A DNA stretch of 64,000 bases, taken from positions 1,408,001 to 1,472,000 of the forward strand of contig CAVWGN010000001.1 of NCBI GenBank assembly GCA_963754655.1, read 5' to 3'. Source of the stretch: an uncultured Chlamydiae bacterium (GTDB lineage: Bacteria > Chlamydiota > Chlamydiia > Chlamydiales > Parachlamydiaceae). The notes beneath the pieces are model-generated. The model searched no databases and was not told where the DNA came from. It saw only the letters and a list, made by a program, of their open reading frames with translations. This document shows positions 20,286 to 29,962 of the stretch, one piece after another; the first letter of the stretch is position 1; each line of letters begins with the position of its first letter. Both the position numbers and the translations under genes were made by a program.

Positions 20286-21764
20286 TTACAAATGCCAGAC
20301 CGAATATAATGCCAGATCGGATATATAGTTTTTTGGAGTTTGTAGTAGTGAAGTTAAGGCAATTTCAATTCGAAGAGCTAAACTCACATATTCAAGAACT
20401 CGGTCATTTTGCTTAACGGCCGCCAAGACAATGTCTCGATCTTTTTTAAGGCTTTCATCTGCATACTTAAGAGTCAGGCCATCTTGCTTAACGGCAGCCA
20501 AGACAATGTCTCGATCTTTTTTAAGGCTTGCATCTGCATAGAAAAGAGCCCAGCCATCTTGCTTAACGGCCGCTAAGGCAATCTCTCGATCTTTTTTAAG
20601 GCTTTCATCTGCATATTCAAGAGCGCTGCCTCTTTGCTGAACGGCAGCCAAGACAATTTCTCGATCTTTTTTAAGGCTTGCATCTGCATATTTAATAACA
20701 TAGCCATTTTGCTGAATGGCAGCCAAGACAATTTCTTGATCTTTTTTAAGGCTTTCATTTGCATATTTAAGAGCCCAGCCATCTTGCTGAACAGCAGCCA
20801 AGACAATTTCTCGATTTTTTTTAAGGCTTACATCTGCATATTCAAGAGCTAAGCCCTCTTGCTTAACGGCAGCCAAGACAATTTCTCGATCTTTTTTAAG
20901 GCTTTTACCTGCATAGGCAAGAGCACCTCCTGTTTGCTGAACGGCTGCTAAAACAATCTCTCGATCTTTTCTAAGGCTTATATCTGCATAGAAAAGAGCC
21001 AAGCCAACTTGGTTAACGGCAGCTAAGATAATCTCTCGATCTTTTCTAAAACTTTTAATATCAAAAACAGCCTGTCCAAAACAGCGAACAACCTGAGTAA
21101 AAATTTTTTTATCGTTAAAATTGGGAAATTTTTTAAGTGTGGAGATAACAGATGTTTTTGCCAGCTCCCAGGTTGCACTTAAACTCGCGCCTCTATAAAG
21201 TTTTGCGATAGAATCATTTTCCATAACCGTTAATCTTTGTTCATCCGTGCCGAATATAAGAGAATCTAAAATAGACAACTGCTCTTTAGCCACAAGCTGA
21301 ATGTTTTTATTGGCGCTCTTTTTGCAAAATGCAGGATTCCATGGGTAGCGATCCAAAAGAGAAAGAAATAAACTCTTCGGGTGAAATAATTTTGAATCAA
21401 CCATTAATAATTGTTCAAATCTTTGGTCATCGCTTGCTAGATCGATCAGTTTAAGTTCCTGAGATGTAAAAGACTCATTCTCAGTTGTGAGGCATTCTTG
21501 CAGGTGGCTAATAGTGGTAGAGGATTGATGGCTACCTTTAAGTTGAAAAAGAACCTGCACCAATGAAATGCAACGATTCTTTTGGAGAACGCTTTTCCAT
21601 TTTTTACAGGTAAATAAAATAGAAGAAATATGTTTTGAAGAGTAGTCGGGGTTGACAACTCGATCAAAAATAATGCCTAATACCTCATTTGGAATTAGTG
21701 TATCTAACAAAGAGTCGTTTGAAGCTTTGTATATTGTTTGCAAAGGAGACTGTATATTTTGCAT
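20286..21764 (-). CDS. F-box-like / DUF4116-repeat protein, cluster B copy 2
   Basis: Same architecture, MQNIQSPL subtype. Confidence 0.85.
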   Translation of the reverse strand: MQNIQSPLQTIYKASNDSLLDTLIPNEVLGIIFDRVVNPDYSSKHISSILFTCKKWKSVLQKNRCISLVQVLFQLKGSHQSSTTISHLQECLTTENESFTSQELKLIDLASDDQRFEQLLMVDSKLFHPKSLFLSLLDRYPWNPAFCKKSANKNIQLVAKEQLSILDSLIFGTDEQRLTVMENDSIAKLYRGASLSATWELAKTSVISTLKKFPNFNDKKIFTQVVRCFGQAVFDIKSFRKDREIILAAVNQVGLALFYADISLRKDREIVLAAVQQTGGALAYAGKSLKKDREIVLAAVKQEGLALEYADVSLKKNREIVLAAVQQDGWALKYANESLKKDQEIVLAAIQQNGYVIKYADASLKKDREIVLAAVQQRGSALEYADESLKKDREIALAAVKQDGWALFYADASLKKDRDIVLAAVKQDGLTLKYADESLKKDRDIVLAAVKQNDRVLEYVSLALRIEIALTSLLQTPKNYISDLALYSVWHL

Positions 21765-21817
21765 AATTATCTTGTAAATAAACTATTGATTTTACTATTT
21801 AAATTTAATTTATAATT

Positions 21818-22353
21818 TAGAGTTTTTTACCAAAAATATTTGACACTTACAGCCCTTCAGGCTGCATAACACAACTTACTGATAACCAGGGCGTTGTTCC
21901 ATACGCATCAAGCTAAGAGATGAGCGTAGGCTACGCGACGCATTCAGTCGCCGCGCCGCTTCGCTCTGGGCTCTAGGTGAGGAGGTTGAGGACCCACCGT
22001 TCGGTCGCCCTCCGGGCTCGGTCACAGTGGGCTATTACCAGTCGTCCTACGGACTCTAGCGGCATTATCAGAACGCCTTAAATAGCATTCAATGGCTTTC
22101 TACATTGCCGCTAGAGTCCGTAGGACGACTGGTAATAGCCCACTGTGACCGAGCCCGGAGGGCGACACCGAACGGTGGGTCCTCAACCTCCTCGCCTAGA
22201 GCCCAGAGCGAAGCGGCGCGGCGACTGAAGGCGTCGCGTAGCCTACGCTCATCTCTTAGCTTGATGCGTATGGGACAACGCCCTGGTTATCAGTGAGTTG
22301 TGTCATGCAGCCTGAAGGGTTATAAGTGTCAAATATTTTTGGTAAAAAAACTG
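21818..22353. mobile_element. Palindromic composite element, family 2 copy A
   Basis: Arms 21818-22064 and 22106-22353 are inverted repeats around a 41-bp spacer; flanked by direct TTTATAATT (21809-21817, 22354-22362); GC-rich core in AT-rich DNA. Confidence 0.9.
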
Positions 22354-22552
22354 TTTATAATTTTATTAGATGCTATAATATAAATTTTATGGTTATAATT
22401 CAATGTATTAATTCTAATTATATTAGCACAATTTATAAATTTTTAAACTGCTCTAACCATCAAATTTTAATCGAACAGCAACACATTCTGGAAGAGACAG
22501 CTTTAATGGGAAAAGAATAGTTCCAGAGAAAAAAGTAAGCAAAGCTTATTTT

Positions 22553-22843
22553 TTATGCGTGAGTTTTCTCAACCCAAATGGCAAAAGCTGTGGCATATTG
22601 CTGACAATGACTAAGAGAAACATGAAGGGTGGTAAGATCGTCAAATAATTCTTGTATGAATGGCAAGAAAATAGCGATTGGTTTACCTGTTGGATGATTT
22701 CGAATCTCAATATCCAACTTTCCAGAGAAAAAGGTAAAAAAGATTATTTTTATGCATGAGTTTTCCTTCGATTCGCCTGTTTGTGTAATAGGTTTGAGGG
22801 CATTGGAAAGCATATGAATGTTAATAATTCTTACGCCTTCAAT
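22553..22843 (-). pseudogene. Rearranged remnants of the acpS 3' end and a PIN/TRAM gene segment
   Basis: LDIEIRNHPTGKP...ATAFAIWV matches acpS (31190); MLSNALKPITQ matches the PIN/TRAM gene (31570). Confidence 0.85.
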
Positions 22844-22912
22844 TAAAATATTTCTCTAATATAAACTATTTGACAAACAGTAGAAAATTTGATTGGTCAA
22901 CCGAACAAAAAC

Positions 22913-24244
22913 TTACAAATGCCCGACCGAGTATAATGCCAGATCGAATATATAGTTTCTTGAATTTTGTAGTAGTAAAGTTAAAGCAAGGTCAATTTGA
23001 AGCGCTAAACTCGCATATTGATATCGAAGAGTCAAGCCATATTGCTTAACGGCAGCCCAGACAATGTCTCGATCTTTTTTAAGGCTGTCATCTGCATATT
23101 CACGAGCTTTGCCATCTTGCTGAACGGCAGCCAAGACAATCTCTCGATCTTTTTTAAGGCTTTCATCTGCATATTGAAGAGCTTTGCCATTTTGCTGAAC
23201 GGCTGCTAAAACAATCTCTCGATCTTTTTTAAGGCTTTCATCTGCATATTGAAGAGCATTGCCATGTTCCTGAACAGCAGCCAAAACAATTTCTAGATCT
23301 TTTTTAAGACTTTCATCTGCATAGTGAAGAGCATAGCCTCTTTGCTGAACGGCAGCCAAGACAATCTCTCGATCTTTTTTAAGGCTTTCATCTGCATATT
23401 CAAGGGCCCAGCCATCTTGCTGAACGGCAGCCAAGACAATCTCTCGATCTTTTTTAAGGCTTTCATCTGCATTTCGAAGAGTCCTACCCCTTCGCTGAAC
23501 GCAAGCTAAGACAATCTCTCGATCTTTTTTAACGCGTTCATGTATATCAAAAACAGAATCTCCAAAACAGCGCGCAGCTTGAATAAAAATTTTTTTATCC
23601 TTAAAATTGGAAAAATTTTTAAGTGTGGAGATGACGAATCTTTCTGCTTTCCACCAGGTGGTACCTCGAATCGCGCCTATATAAACTTTTGTGATAGAAT
23701 TATTTGCGATAACCGTTAATCTTTGCTGCTTAGGACCTGATACAAGAGAATTTAAAATAGACAATTGCTCTTTAGCCACTTGATGAATCCTCTTATTGGC
23801 GCTCCATTGGCAAACTTCAGGATCCCATGAATAGTGATCCAAAAGACAAAGAAACAAACTCTTCGGGTGAAATAATTTTGAATCAGCCATTAATAATTTT
23901 TTAAAGGTTCGATCACAGCAGAATCGATCAATCAATTTAAATTCTTGAGAGGTAAAATGCTTCTTTTGGTAAGTTATCATACAATCCTGTAGCGTAATAG
24001 CAGATCGATTACTGTTTTTAAGCTGAAAAAGGGCCTGCACCAATAAAATACAAGGATTTTTTTGGAGAACACTTTTCCATTTTTTACAAGTGAGTAAAAT
24101 AGAAGAAAAATGCCTTGAAGAGCAGCTTAAGTTGATAACTTGATCAAAAACAACTCCTAATATCTCATTAGGAATTAATGTATCTAACAAAGAGTCGCTT
24201 GAAGTTTTTTGCATTGTTTGCAAATGAGAATGTATATTTTGCAT
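22913..24244 (-). CDS. F-box-like / DUF4116-repeat protein, cluster B copy 3
   Basis: Same architecture, MQNIHSHL subtype. Confidence 0.85.
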   Translation of the reverse strand: MQNIHSHLQTMQKTSSDSLLDTLIPNEILGVVFDQVINLSCSSRHFSSILLTCKKWKSVLQKNPCILLVQALFQLKNSNRSAITLQDCMITYQKKHFTSQEFKLIDRFCCDRTFKKLLMADSKLFHPKSLFLCLLDHYSWDPEVCQWSANKRIHQVAKEQLSILNSLVSGPKQQRLTVIANNSITKVYIGAIRGTTWWKAERFVISTLKNFSNFKDKKIFIQAARCFGDSVFDIHERVKKDREIVLACVQRRGRTLRNADESLKKDREIVLAAVQQDGWALEYADESLKKDREIVLAAVQQRGYALHYADESLKKDLEIVLAAVQEHGNALQYADESLKKDREIVLAAVQQNGKALQYADESLKKDREIVLAAVQQDGKAREYADDSLKKDRDIVWAAVKQYGLTLRYQYASLALQIDLALTLLLQNSRNYIFDLALYSVGHL

Positions 24245-24460
24245 AATTGTCCTGTAAATAAACTATTGACTTTACTATTTAAATTTAATTTAATTAGATG
24301 CTATAATATAAATTTTGTGATTATGATTCAATGTATTAATTCTACCTGATTAGCGCAATTTAGAAATTTCTAAATTGTGCTAACGCATCAAATTTTAATC
24401 GAACAGCAACAAACTATTTAACAAACTGTAGAAAAATTAATTGCTCAACCGAATAAAAAC

Positions 24461-26098
24461 TTACAAATGCCAGACCGAATATAATGCCAGATCGGATATA
24501 TAGTTTTTTGGAGTTTGTAGTAGTGAAGTTAAGGCAAGTTCAATTCGAAGAGCTAAACTCACATATTCAAGAGCTCGGTCATTTTGCTTAAGGGCCGCCA
24601 AGACAATTTCTCGATTTTTTTTAAGGCTTACATCTGCATATTCAAGAGCTAAGCCCTCTTGCTTAACGGCAGCCAAGACAATTTCTCGATCTTTTTTAAG
24701 ACTTTTATCTGCATATTGAAGAGCTCCCGCACTTTGCTTAATGGCAGCCAAGACGATCTCTCGATCTTTTTTAAGGCTTTTATGTGCATAGCGAAGAGCT
24801 TCCCAGCCCCAGCCAACTTGGTTAACGGCTGCCAAAACAATCTCTCGATCTTTTCTAAGGCTTGCATCTGCATATTCAAGAGCCAAGCCAACTTGGTTAA
24901 CGGCAGCCAAGACAATTTCTCGATCTTTTTTAAGGCTTTTACCTGCATATTGAAGACCATTGCCCTCTTGCTGAACGGCTGCCAAAACAATCTCTCGATC
25001 TTTTCTAAGGCTTGCATCTGCATAGAAAAGAGCATCGCCACTTTGCTTAACGGCAGCCAAGACAATTTCTCGATCTTTTTTAAGGCTTTCATCTGCATAG
25101 ACAAGAGCCGTACCATCTTGGTTAACGGCCGCCAAGACAATCTCTTGATCTTTTTTAAGGCTTTCATCTACAAATTGGAGAGCGTTGCCATTTTGCTTAA
25201 CGGCCGCCAAGACAATCTCTTGATCTTTTTTAAGGCTTCCATCTGCATATCGAAGAGCTTGGCCATTTTGCTTAACGGCAGCCAAGATAATATCTCGATC
25301 TTTTTTAAGGCTTTCATCTGCATTTCGAAGAGTCCTACCCCTTCGCTGAACGCAAGCTAAGACAATCTCTCGATCCTTTTTAAGGCTTTCATGTATATCA
25401 AAAACAGAGCGTCCAAAACAGCGCGCAACCTGAATAAAAATTTTTTTATCGTTAAAATTGGGAAACTTTTTAAGGGTGGAGATGACGGATGTTTTTGCCT
25501 GCCGCCAGGTTGCACTTCGACTCGCGCCTCTATAAAGTTTGGCAATAGAATCATTCTCGATAACCGTTAATCTTTGTTCATCCGTGCCGAATATGAGAGA
25601 ATTCAAAATAGACAACTGCTCTTCAGCCACAAGCTGGATATTTTTATTGGCGCTAATTGTGCAAAATTCAGGATTCCATGGGCAGCGATCCAAAAGAGAA
25701 AGAAATAAACTTTTCGGGTGAAATAATTTTGAATCCACCATTAACAATTGTTCAAATCTTTGGTTATCATTTGCTAGATCGATTAGTTTAAGTTCCTGAG
25801 ATGTAAAAGACTCATTCTCAGTTGTGAGGCATTCTTGCAGGTGGCTAATAGTAGAGGGGTGATGGCTACCGTTAAGTTGAAAAAGAGCCTGCACCAATGA
25901 AATACAAGGATTCTTTTGGAGAACGCTTTTCCATTTTTTACAGGTAAATAAAATAGAAGAAATATGTTTTGAAGAGTAGTCAGGGTTGACAACTCGATCA
26001 AAAATAATGCCTAATACCTCATTTGGAATTAGTGTATCTAACAAAGAGTCGTTTGAAGCTTTGTATATTGTTTGCAAAGGAGACTGTATATTTTGCAT
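24461..26098 (-). CDS. F-box-like / DUF4116-repeat protein, cluster B copy 4
   Basis: Same architecture, MQNIQSPL subtype, about 11 repeats. Confidence 0.85.
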   Translation of the reverse strand: MQNIQSPLQTIYKASNDSLLDTLIPNEVLGIIFDRVVNPDYSSKHISSILFTCKKWKSVLQKNPCISLVQALFQLNGSHHPSTISHLQECLTTENESFTSQELKLIDLANDNQRFEQLLMVDSKLFHPKSLFLSLLDRCPWNPEFCTISANKNIQLVAEEQLSILNSLIFGTDEQRLTVIENDSIAKLYRGASRSATWRQAKTSVISTLKKFPNFNDKKIFIQVARCFGRSVFDIHESLKKDREIVLACVQRRGRTLRNADESLKKDRDIILAAVKQNGQALRYADGSLKKDQEIVLAAVKQNGNALQFVDESLKKDQEIVLAAVNQDGTALVYADESLKKDREIVLAAVKQSGDALFYADASLRKDREIVLAAVQQEGNGLQYAGKSLKKDREIVLAAVNQVGLALEYADASLRKDREIVLAAVNQVGWGWEALRYAHKSLKKDREIVLAAIKQSAGALQYADKSLKKDREIVLAAVKQEGLALEYADVSLKKNREIVLAALKQNDRALEYVSLALRIELALTSLLQTPKNYISDLALYSVWHL

Positions 26099-26151
26099 AA
26101 TTATCCTGTGAATAAACTATTAATTTTACTATTTAAATTTAATTTATAATT

Positions 26152-26686
26152 CAGAGTTTTTTACCAAAAATATTTGACACTTACAGCCCTTCAGGCTGCA
26201 TAACACAACTTACTGATAACCAGGGCATTGCCCCATACGCATCAAGCTAAGAGATGAGCGTAGGCTACGCGACGCATTCAGTCGCCGCGCCGCTTCACTC
26301 TGGGCTCTATGTAAGGGGGTTGAGGACCCACCGTTCGGTCGCCCTCCGGCTCGGTCACGGTGGGCTATTACCAGTCGCCCTACAAACTCTAGCGGCAATG
26401 TAGAAAGCCATTGAATGCTATTTAAGGCGTTCTGATAATGCCGCTAGAGTCCGTAGGACGACTGGTAATAGCCCACCGTGACCGAGCCCGGAGGGCGACC
26501 GAACGGTGGGTCCTCAACCCCCTTACATAGAGCTCAGAGTGAAGCGGCGCGGCGACTGAATGCGTCGCGTAGCCTACGCTCATCTCTTAGCTTGCTGCGT
26601 ATGGGACAACGCCCTGGTTATCAGTAAGTTGTGTTATGCAGCCTGAAGGGCTGTAAGTGTCAAATATTTTTGGTAAAAAAAACCTG
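26152..26686. mobile_element. Palindromic composite element, family 2 copy B
   Basis: Ends CAG...CTG, flanked by direct TTTATAATT (26143-26151, 26687-26695); spacer 26398-26438 is the reverse complement of the copy A spacer. Confidence 0.9.
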
Positions 26687-26885
26687 TTTATAATTTTATT
26701 AGATATTATAATATAAGTTTTATGGTTATAATTCAATGTATTAATTCTAATTATATTAACACAATTTATAAATTTTTAAACTGCTCTAACCATCAAATTT
26801 TAATCGAACAGTAACACATTCTGGAAGAGATGGCTTTAATGGGAAAAGAATAGTTCCAGAGAAAAAAGTAAGCAAAACTTATTTT

Positions 26886-27268
26886 TTATGCCTGAGTTTT
26901 TCCGACCCAAATGGCAAAAGCTGTGGCATATTGCTGACAATGACTAAGCGAAACATGGAGGGTGGTGAGATCGCCAAATAATTCTTGTGCAAATGGCGAG
27001 AAAATAGCGATTGGTTTACCTGTGGGATGATTTCGAATCTTAATATCTAACCAAGTCAGTCCTTGGAAAAATCCTGTTCCCAAGGTTTTTACAATGGCTT
27101 CTTTAGCTGCAAAGCGGCCTGCTAAGTGAAGAGCAGGCTCTTTGCGTTTGAGACAATAGTCCTGCTCATAGGAGGTAAATACGCGATTGAGAAATCGTTG
27201 TGAATAATGTGTAAGAACTGCTTGAATGCGGGCAGTTTCCACAATGTCATTACCAATTCTCAAATCAT
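26886..27268 (-). pseudogene. acpS: Duplicate acpS, frameshifted just after the start codon
   Basis: Near-identical to 31190-31573 but 1 nt shorter (ATGATTTGAGAATT versus ATGATTTTGGGAATT). Confidence 0.85.
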
Positions 27269-27600
27269 AAAGCCAGAAAATTTTTATGTGTCTTAAGCTC
27301 TTGATTATTATTTGAAAAATCATCCTCTGTCAACAGACTTCCCTTTTCTGCTGCATTGCAGAAAATCATTCTACTCGAAGAAGTGTGTTTAACAGACAAG
27401 ACATAAGCTTTAATTGTTTCCCCAATAAATTCAGCTACTTCATTGACAACTACCATTGTTCCATCTTCCAGGTAACCCACACCTTGACGAGCCTCTTTAC
27501 CATAGCGTTGAATCTTGTTGTTAATCGATTCGTCTGCTTGTATAATAGGTTTGAGGGCATTGGAAAGCATATGAATGTTGATAATTCTTACACCTTCAAT
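27265..27600 (-). pseudogene. Duplicated 3' fragment of the PIN/TRAM gene
   Basis: Matches 31570-31906; similarity stops at CCTTCAAT. Confidence 0.85.
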
Positions 27601-27669
27601 CCAAATATTCTCTCATATAAACTATTTGACAAACTGTAGAAAGTTTGATCGGTCAAGCGAAAAAAAAAC

Positions 27670-29082
27670 TTACAAATGCCAGACCGAGTGTAATGCCAGA
27701 TCGAGTATATAGTTTTTTGAAGTTTGTAGTAGTAGAGTTAGGGCACGTTCAATTCGAAAATCTAAACTCGCATATTCAAGAGCCTTGCTATCTTGCTGAA
27801 TAGCAGCTAAGACAATCTCTCGATCGTTTGTAAGGCTTTCATCTGCATATTGAAGAGCTAAGCCCTTTTGCTTAACGGCTGCCAAGACAATGTCTCGATC
27901 CTTTTTAAGGCTTTTAGCTGCCCAGTAAAGCATATCGCCATCTTGCTTAATGGCAGCCAAGACAATTTCTCGATCTTTTTTAAAGCTTGCATCTGCATAG
28001 AGAAAAGCCAAGAAATTTTGCTTAACGGCAGCTAAGACAATCTCTCGATCTTTTTTAAGGCTTTTATCTGCATAATCAAGAGCCCAGCCCCTTTGCTGAA
28101 TGGCAGCCCAGACAATCTCTCGATCTTTTTGAAAGCTTTTATCTGCATATTTAAGAGATAAGCCCTCTTGCTGAACAGCAGCCCCGACAATTTCTCGATC
28201 TTTTTTAAGGCTTTCATCTGCATATTTAAAAGCCCCGCCATTTTGCTGAACAGCAGCCAAGACAATCTCTCGATCTTTTTTAAAGCTTTCATCTACCAAC
28301 TCAAGAGCCTCTCCATTTTGCTGAACAGCAGCCAAAACAATCTCTCGATCTTTTTTAAGGCTTTCATGTATATCAAAAACAGCATCTCCAAAACAGTGCG
28401 CAACTTGAATGAAAAATTTTTTATCGTTAAAATTGGGAAATTTTTTAAGGGTGGAGATGACAGATGTTTTTGCCTGCCGCCAGGTTGCACTTCGACTTCC
28501 GCCCCTATAAAGTTTTGTGATAGAATCATTTTCGATAACCGTTAATTTTTGTTCATCCGTGCCTAATATAAGAGAATTCAGAATAGACAACTGCTCTTCA
28601 GCCACAAGCTGGATGTTTTTATTGGCGCTCTTTTTGCAAACGTCAAAATCCCAGGAGTAATGATCCAAAAGAGAAAGAAATAAACTCTTTGGGTGAAATA
28701 ATCTTGAATCAACCATTAGTAATTTTTTAAAGTTTTCTTTAAAGTAGACTTGATCAATCAATTTAAATTCTTGAGATGTAAAAGACTTCTTTTGTCCATC
28801 AGTTGTGAGGCATTCTTGGAGGTGCTTAATAGTGTTAGGGCGTTGATGGCTACCTTTAAGTTGAAAAAGAGCCTGCACCAATGAAATGCAAGGGTTCTTT
28901 TGGAGAACGCTTTTCCATTTTTTACAAGTGAGTAAAATAGAAAAGGTGTCATTTAAAGATTGGCTTTGGTTGACAACTTGATCAAAAACAATTCCTAATA
29001 CCTCCTTAGGAATTAGTGTATCTAACAAAGAGTCGTTTGAAGTTTTGTGTATTGTTTGCAAATGAGAATGTATATTTTGCAT
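27670..29082 (-). CDS. F-box-like / DUF4116-repeat protein, cluster B copy 5
   Basis: Same architecture, MQNIHSHL subtype. Confidence 0.85.
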   Translation of the reverse strand: MQNIHSHLQTIHKTSNDSLLDTLIPKEVLGIVFDQVVNQSQSLNDTFSILLTCKKWKSVLQKNPCISLVQALFQLKGSHQRPNTIKHLQECLTTDGQKKSFTSQEFKLIDQVYFKENFKKLLMVDSRLFHPKSLFLSLLDHYSWDFDVCKKSANKNIQLVAEEQLSILNSLILGTDEQKLTVIENDSITKLYRGGSRSATWRQAKTSVISTLKKFPNFNDKKFFIQVAHCFGDAVFDIHESLKKDREIVLAAVQQNGEALELVDESFKKDREIVLAAVQQNGGAFKYADESLKKDREIVGAAVQQEGLSLKYADKSFQKDREIVWAAIQQRGWALDYADKSLKKDREIVLAAVKQNFLAFLYADASFKKDREIVLAAIKQDGDMLYWAAKSLKKDRDIVLAAVKQKGLALQYADESLTNDREIVLAAIQQDSKALEYASLDFRIERALTLLLQTSKNYILDLALHSVWHL

Positions 29083-29395
29083 AATTATCCTATAAATAAG
29101 CTATGATTTTAATATTTAAATTTAATTAATAATTCAATTTTTTTAATAAAAAAGGTGAGTATAATTTATTATTTCCTATAATATAAATCTTATGATTATA
29201 ATTCAATGTATTGTTTCTAATTATATTAAAAAATATAAAAATTTTTAAATTGCCCGAACCCATCAAATTTTAATCGAACAGCAACACATTCTGTAAGAGA
29301 CGGCTTTAATAGGAAAAGAATATTTCCAGAGAAAAGGGCTGCGAACTGTTGACAAATTTATAGACATATATGTTCGAATTTGATATTTCATTAGC

Positions 29396-29962
29396 ATGAA
29401 ACTAAGTAAATGGGCAAAAAAACAAGGCATAAGCTATAGGACTGCTTGGCGCTGGTTCAAAGCAGGACAACTCCCTGTTCCTGCCGAGCAAACAAAAACA
29501 GGAACAATTCTAATCAAAGAGGAAATGCTTGAGCCAAATGCTGTTGCTATCTATGCACGTGTGTCCTCAGCCGATCAAAAAAATGATCTTAACGGGCAAG
29601 TAAGCCGGCTAGTCACTTTTGCCAATCAAAAAGGCTATCTTGTGGCTCACACAGTAACAGAAATAGGCTCTGGCCTCAATGGCCATCGTCCTAAATTAAT
29701 AAAATTATTGAACAATCCAAAGATCTGGATTATTTTAGTCGAACATCGAGATCGATTGATGAGATTTGGTGCTGAATATGTGGAGTCAGCATTAGCTGCA
29801 CAAGGAAGAAAATTAATAGTTGCAGATGGTTCTGAGTTAAAGGATGATTTAGTTCAAGATATGATAGAAGTGTTAACTTCTTTTTGTGCTAGACTATACG
29901 GACGAAGATCGGCAAAGAACAAAGCTAAAAAAGCATTGGAAACCATGCAAAATGCTAATTAA
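29396..29962 (+). CDS. tnpA: IS607 transposase (MerR-like HTH plus serine recombinase)
   Basis: MKLSKWAKKQGISYRTAWRWFKAG; YARVSSADQ; EIGSGLN; DRLMRFG; LTSFCARLYGRR. Confidence 0.95.
   Translation: MKLSKWAKKQGISYRTAWRWFKAGQLPVPAEQTKTGTILIKEEMLEPNAVAIYARVSSADQKNDLNGQVSRLVTFANQKGYLVAHTVTEIGSGLNGHRPKLIKLLNNPKIWIILVEHRDRLMRFGAEYVESALAAQGRKLIVADGSELKDDLVQDMIEVLTSFCARLYGRRSAKNKAKKALETMQNAN

Noticed and set aside
86..28952. Many alternative-frame and antisense ORFs over the repeat genes (MQMKALKKIERLSW..., MKSIAILLNGSQDN...)
   Set aside because: Shadow frames of the 75-nt repeat that happen to lack stop codons; they overlap the real genes and have no independent start signals
177..29082. 75-nt periodic repeats as a CRISPR array
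   Set aside because: The repeats are in-frame protein coding, the variable parts are homologous codons rather than unique spacers, and no cas genes are present
177..29082. Diversity-generating retroelement behind the repeat variation
   Set aside because: No reverse transcriptase in the window, no non-coding template repeat, and the variation is not confined to adenines
29337..29395. IStron (group I intron fused to IS607)
   Set aside because: Only about 59 bp lie between the left end and tnpA, too short for a ribozyme, and the insertion is intergenic
29886..29951. Upstream extension of the tnpB ORF
   Set aside because: It overlaps the conserved tnpA C-terminus; the ATG at 29952 gives the typical TnpB N-terminus
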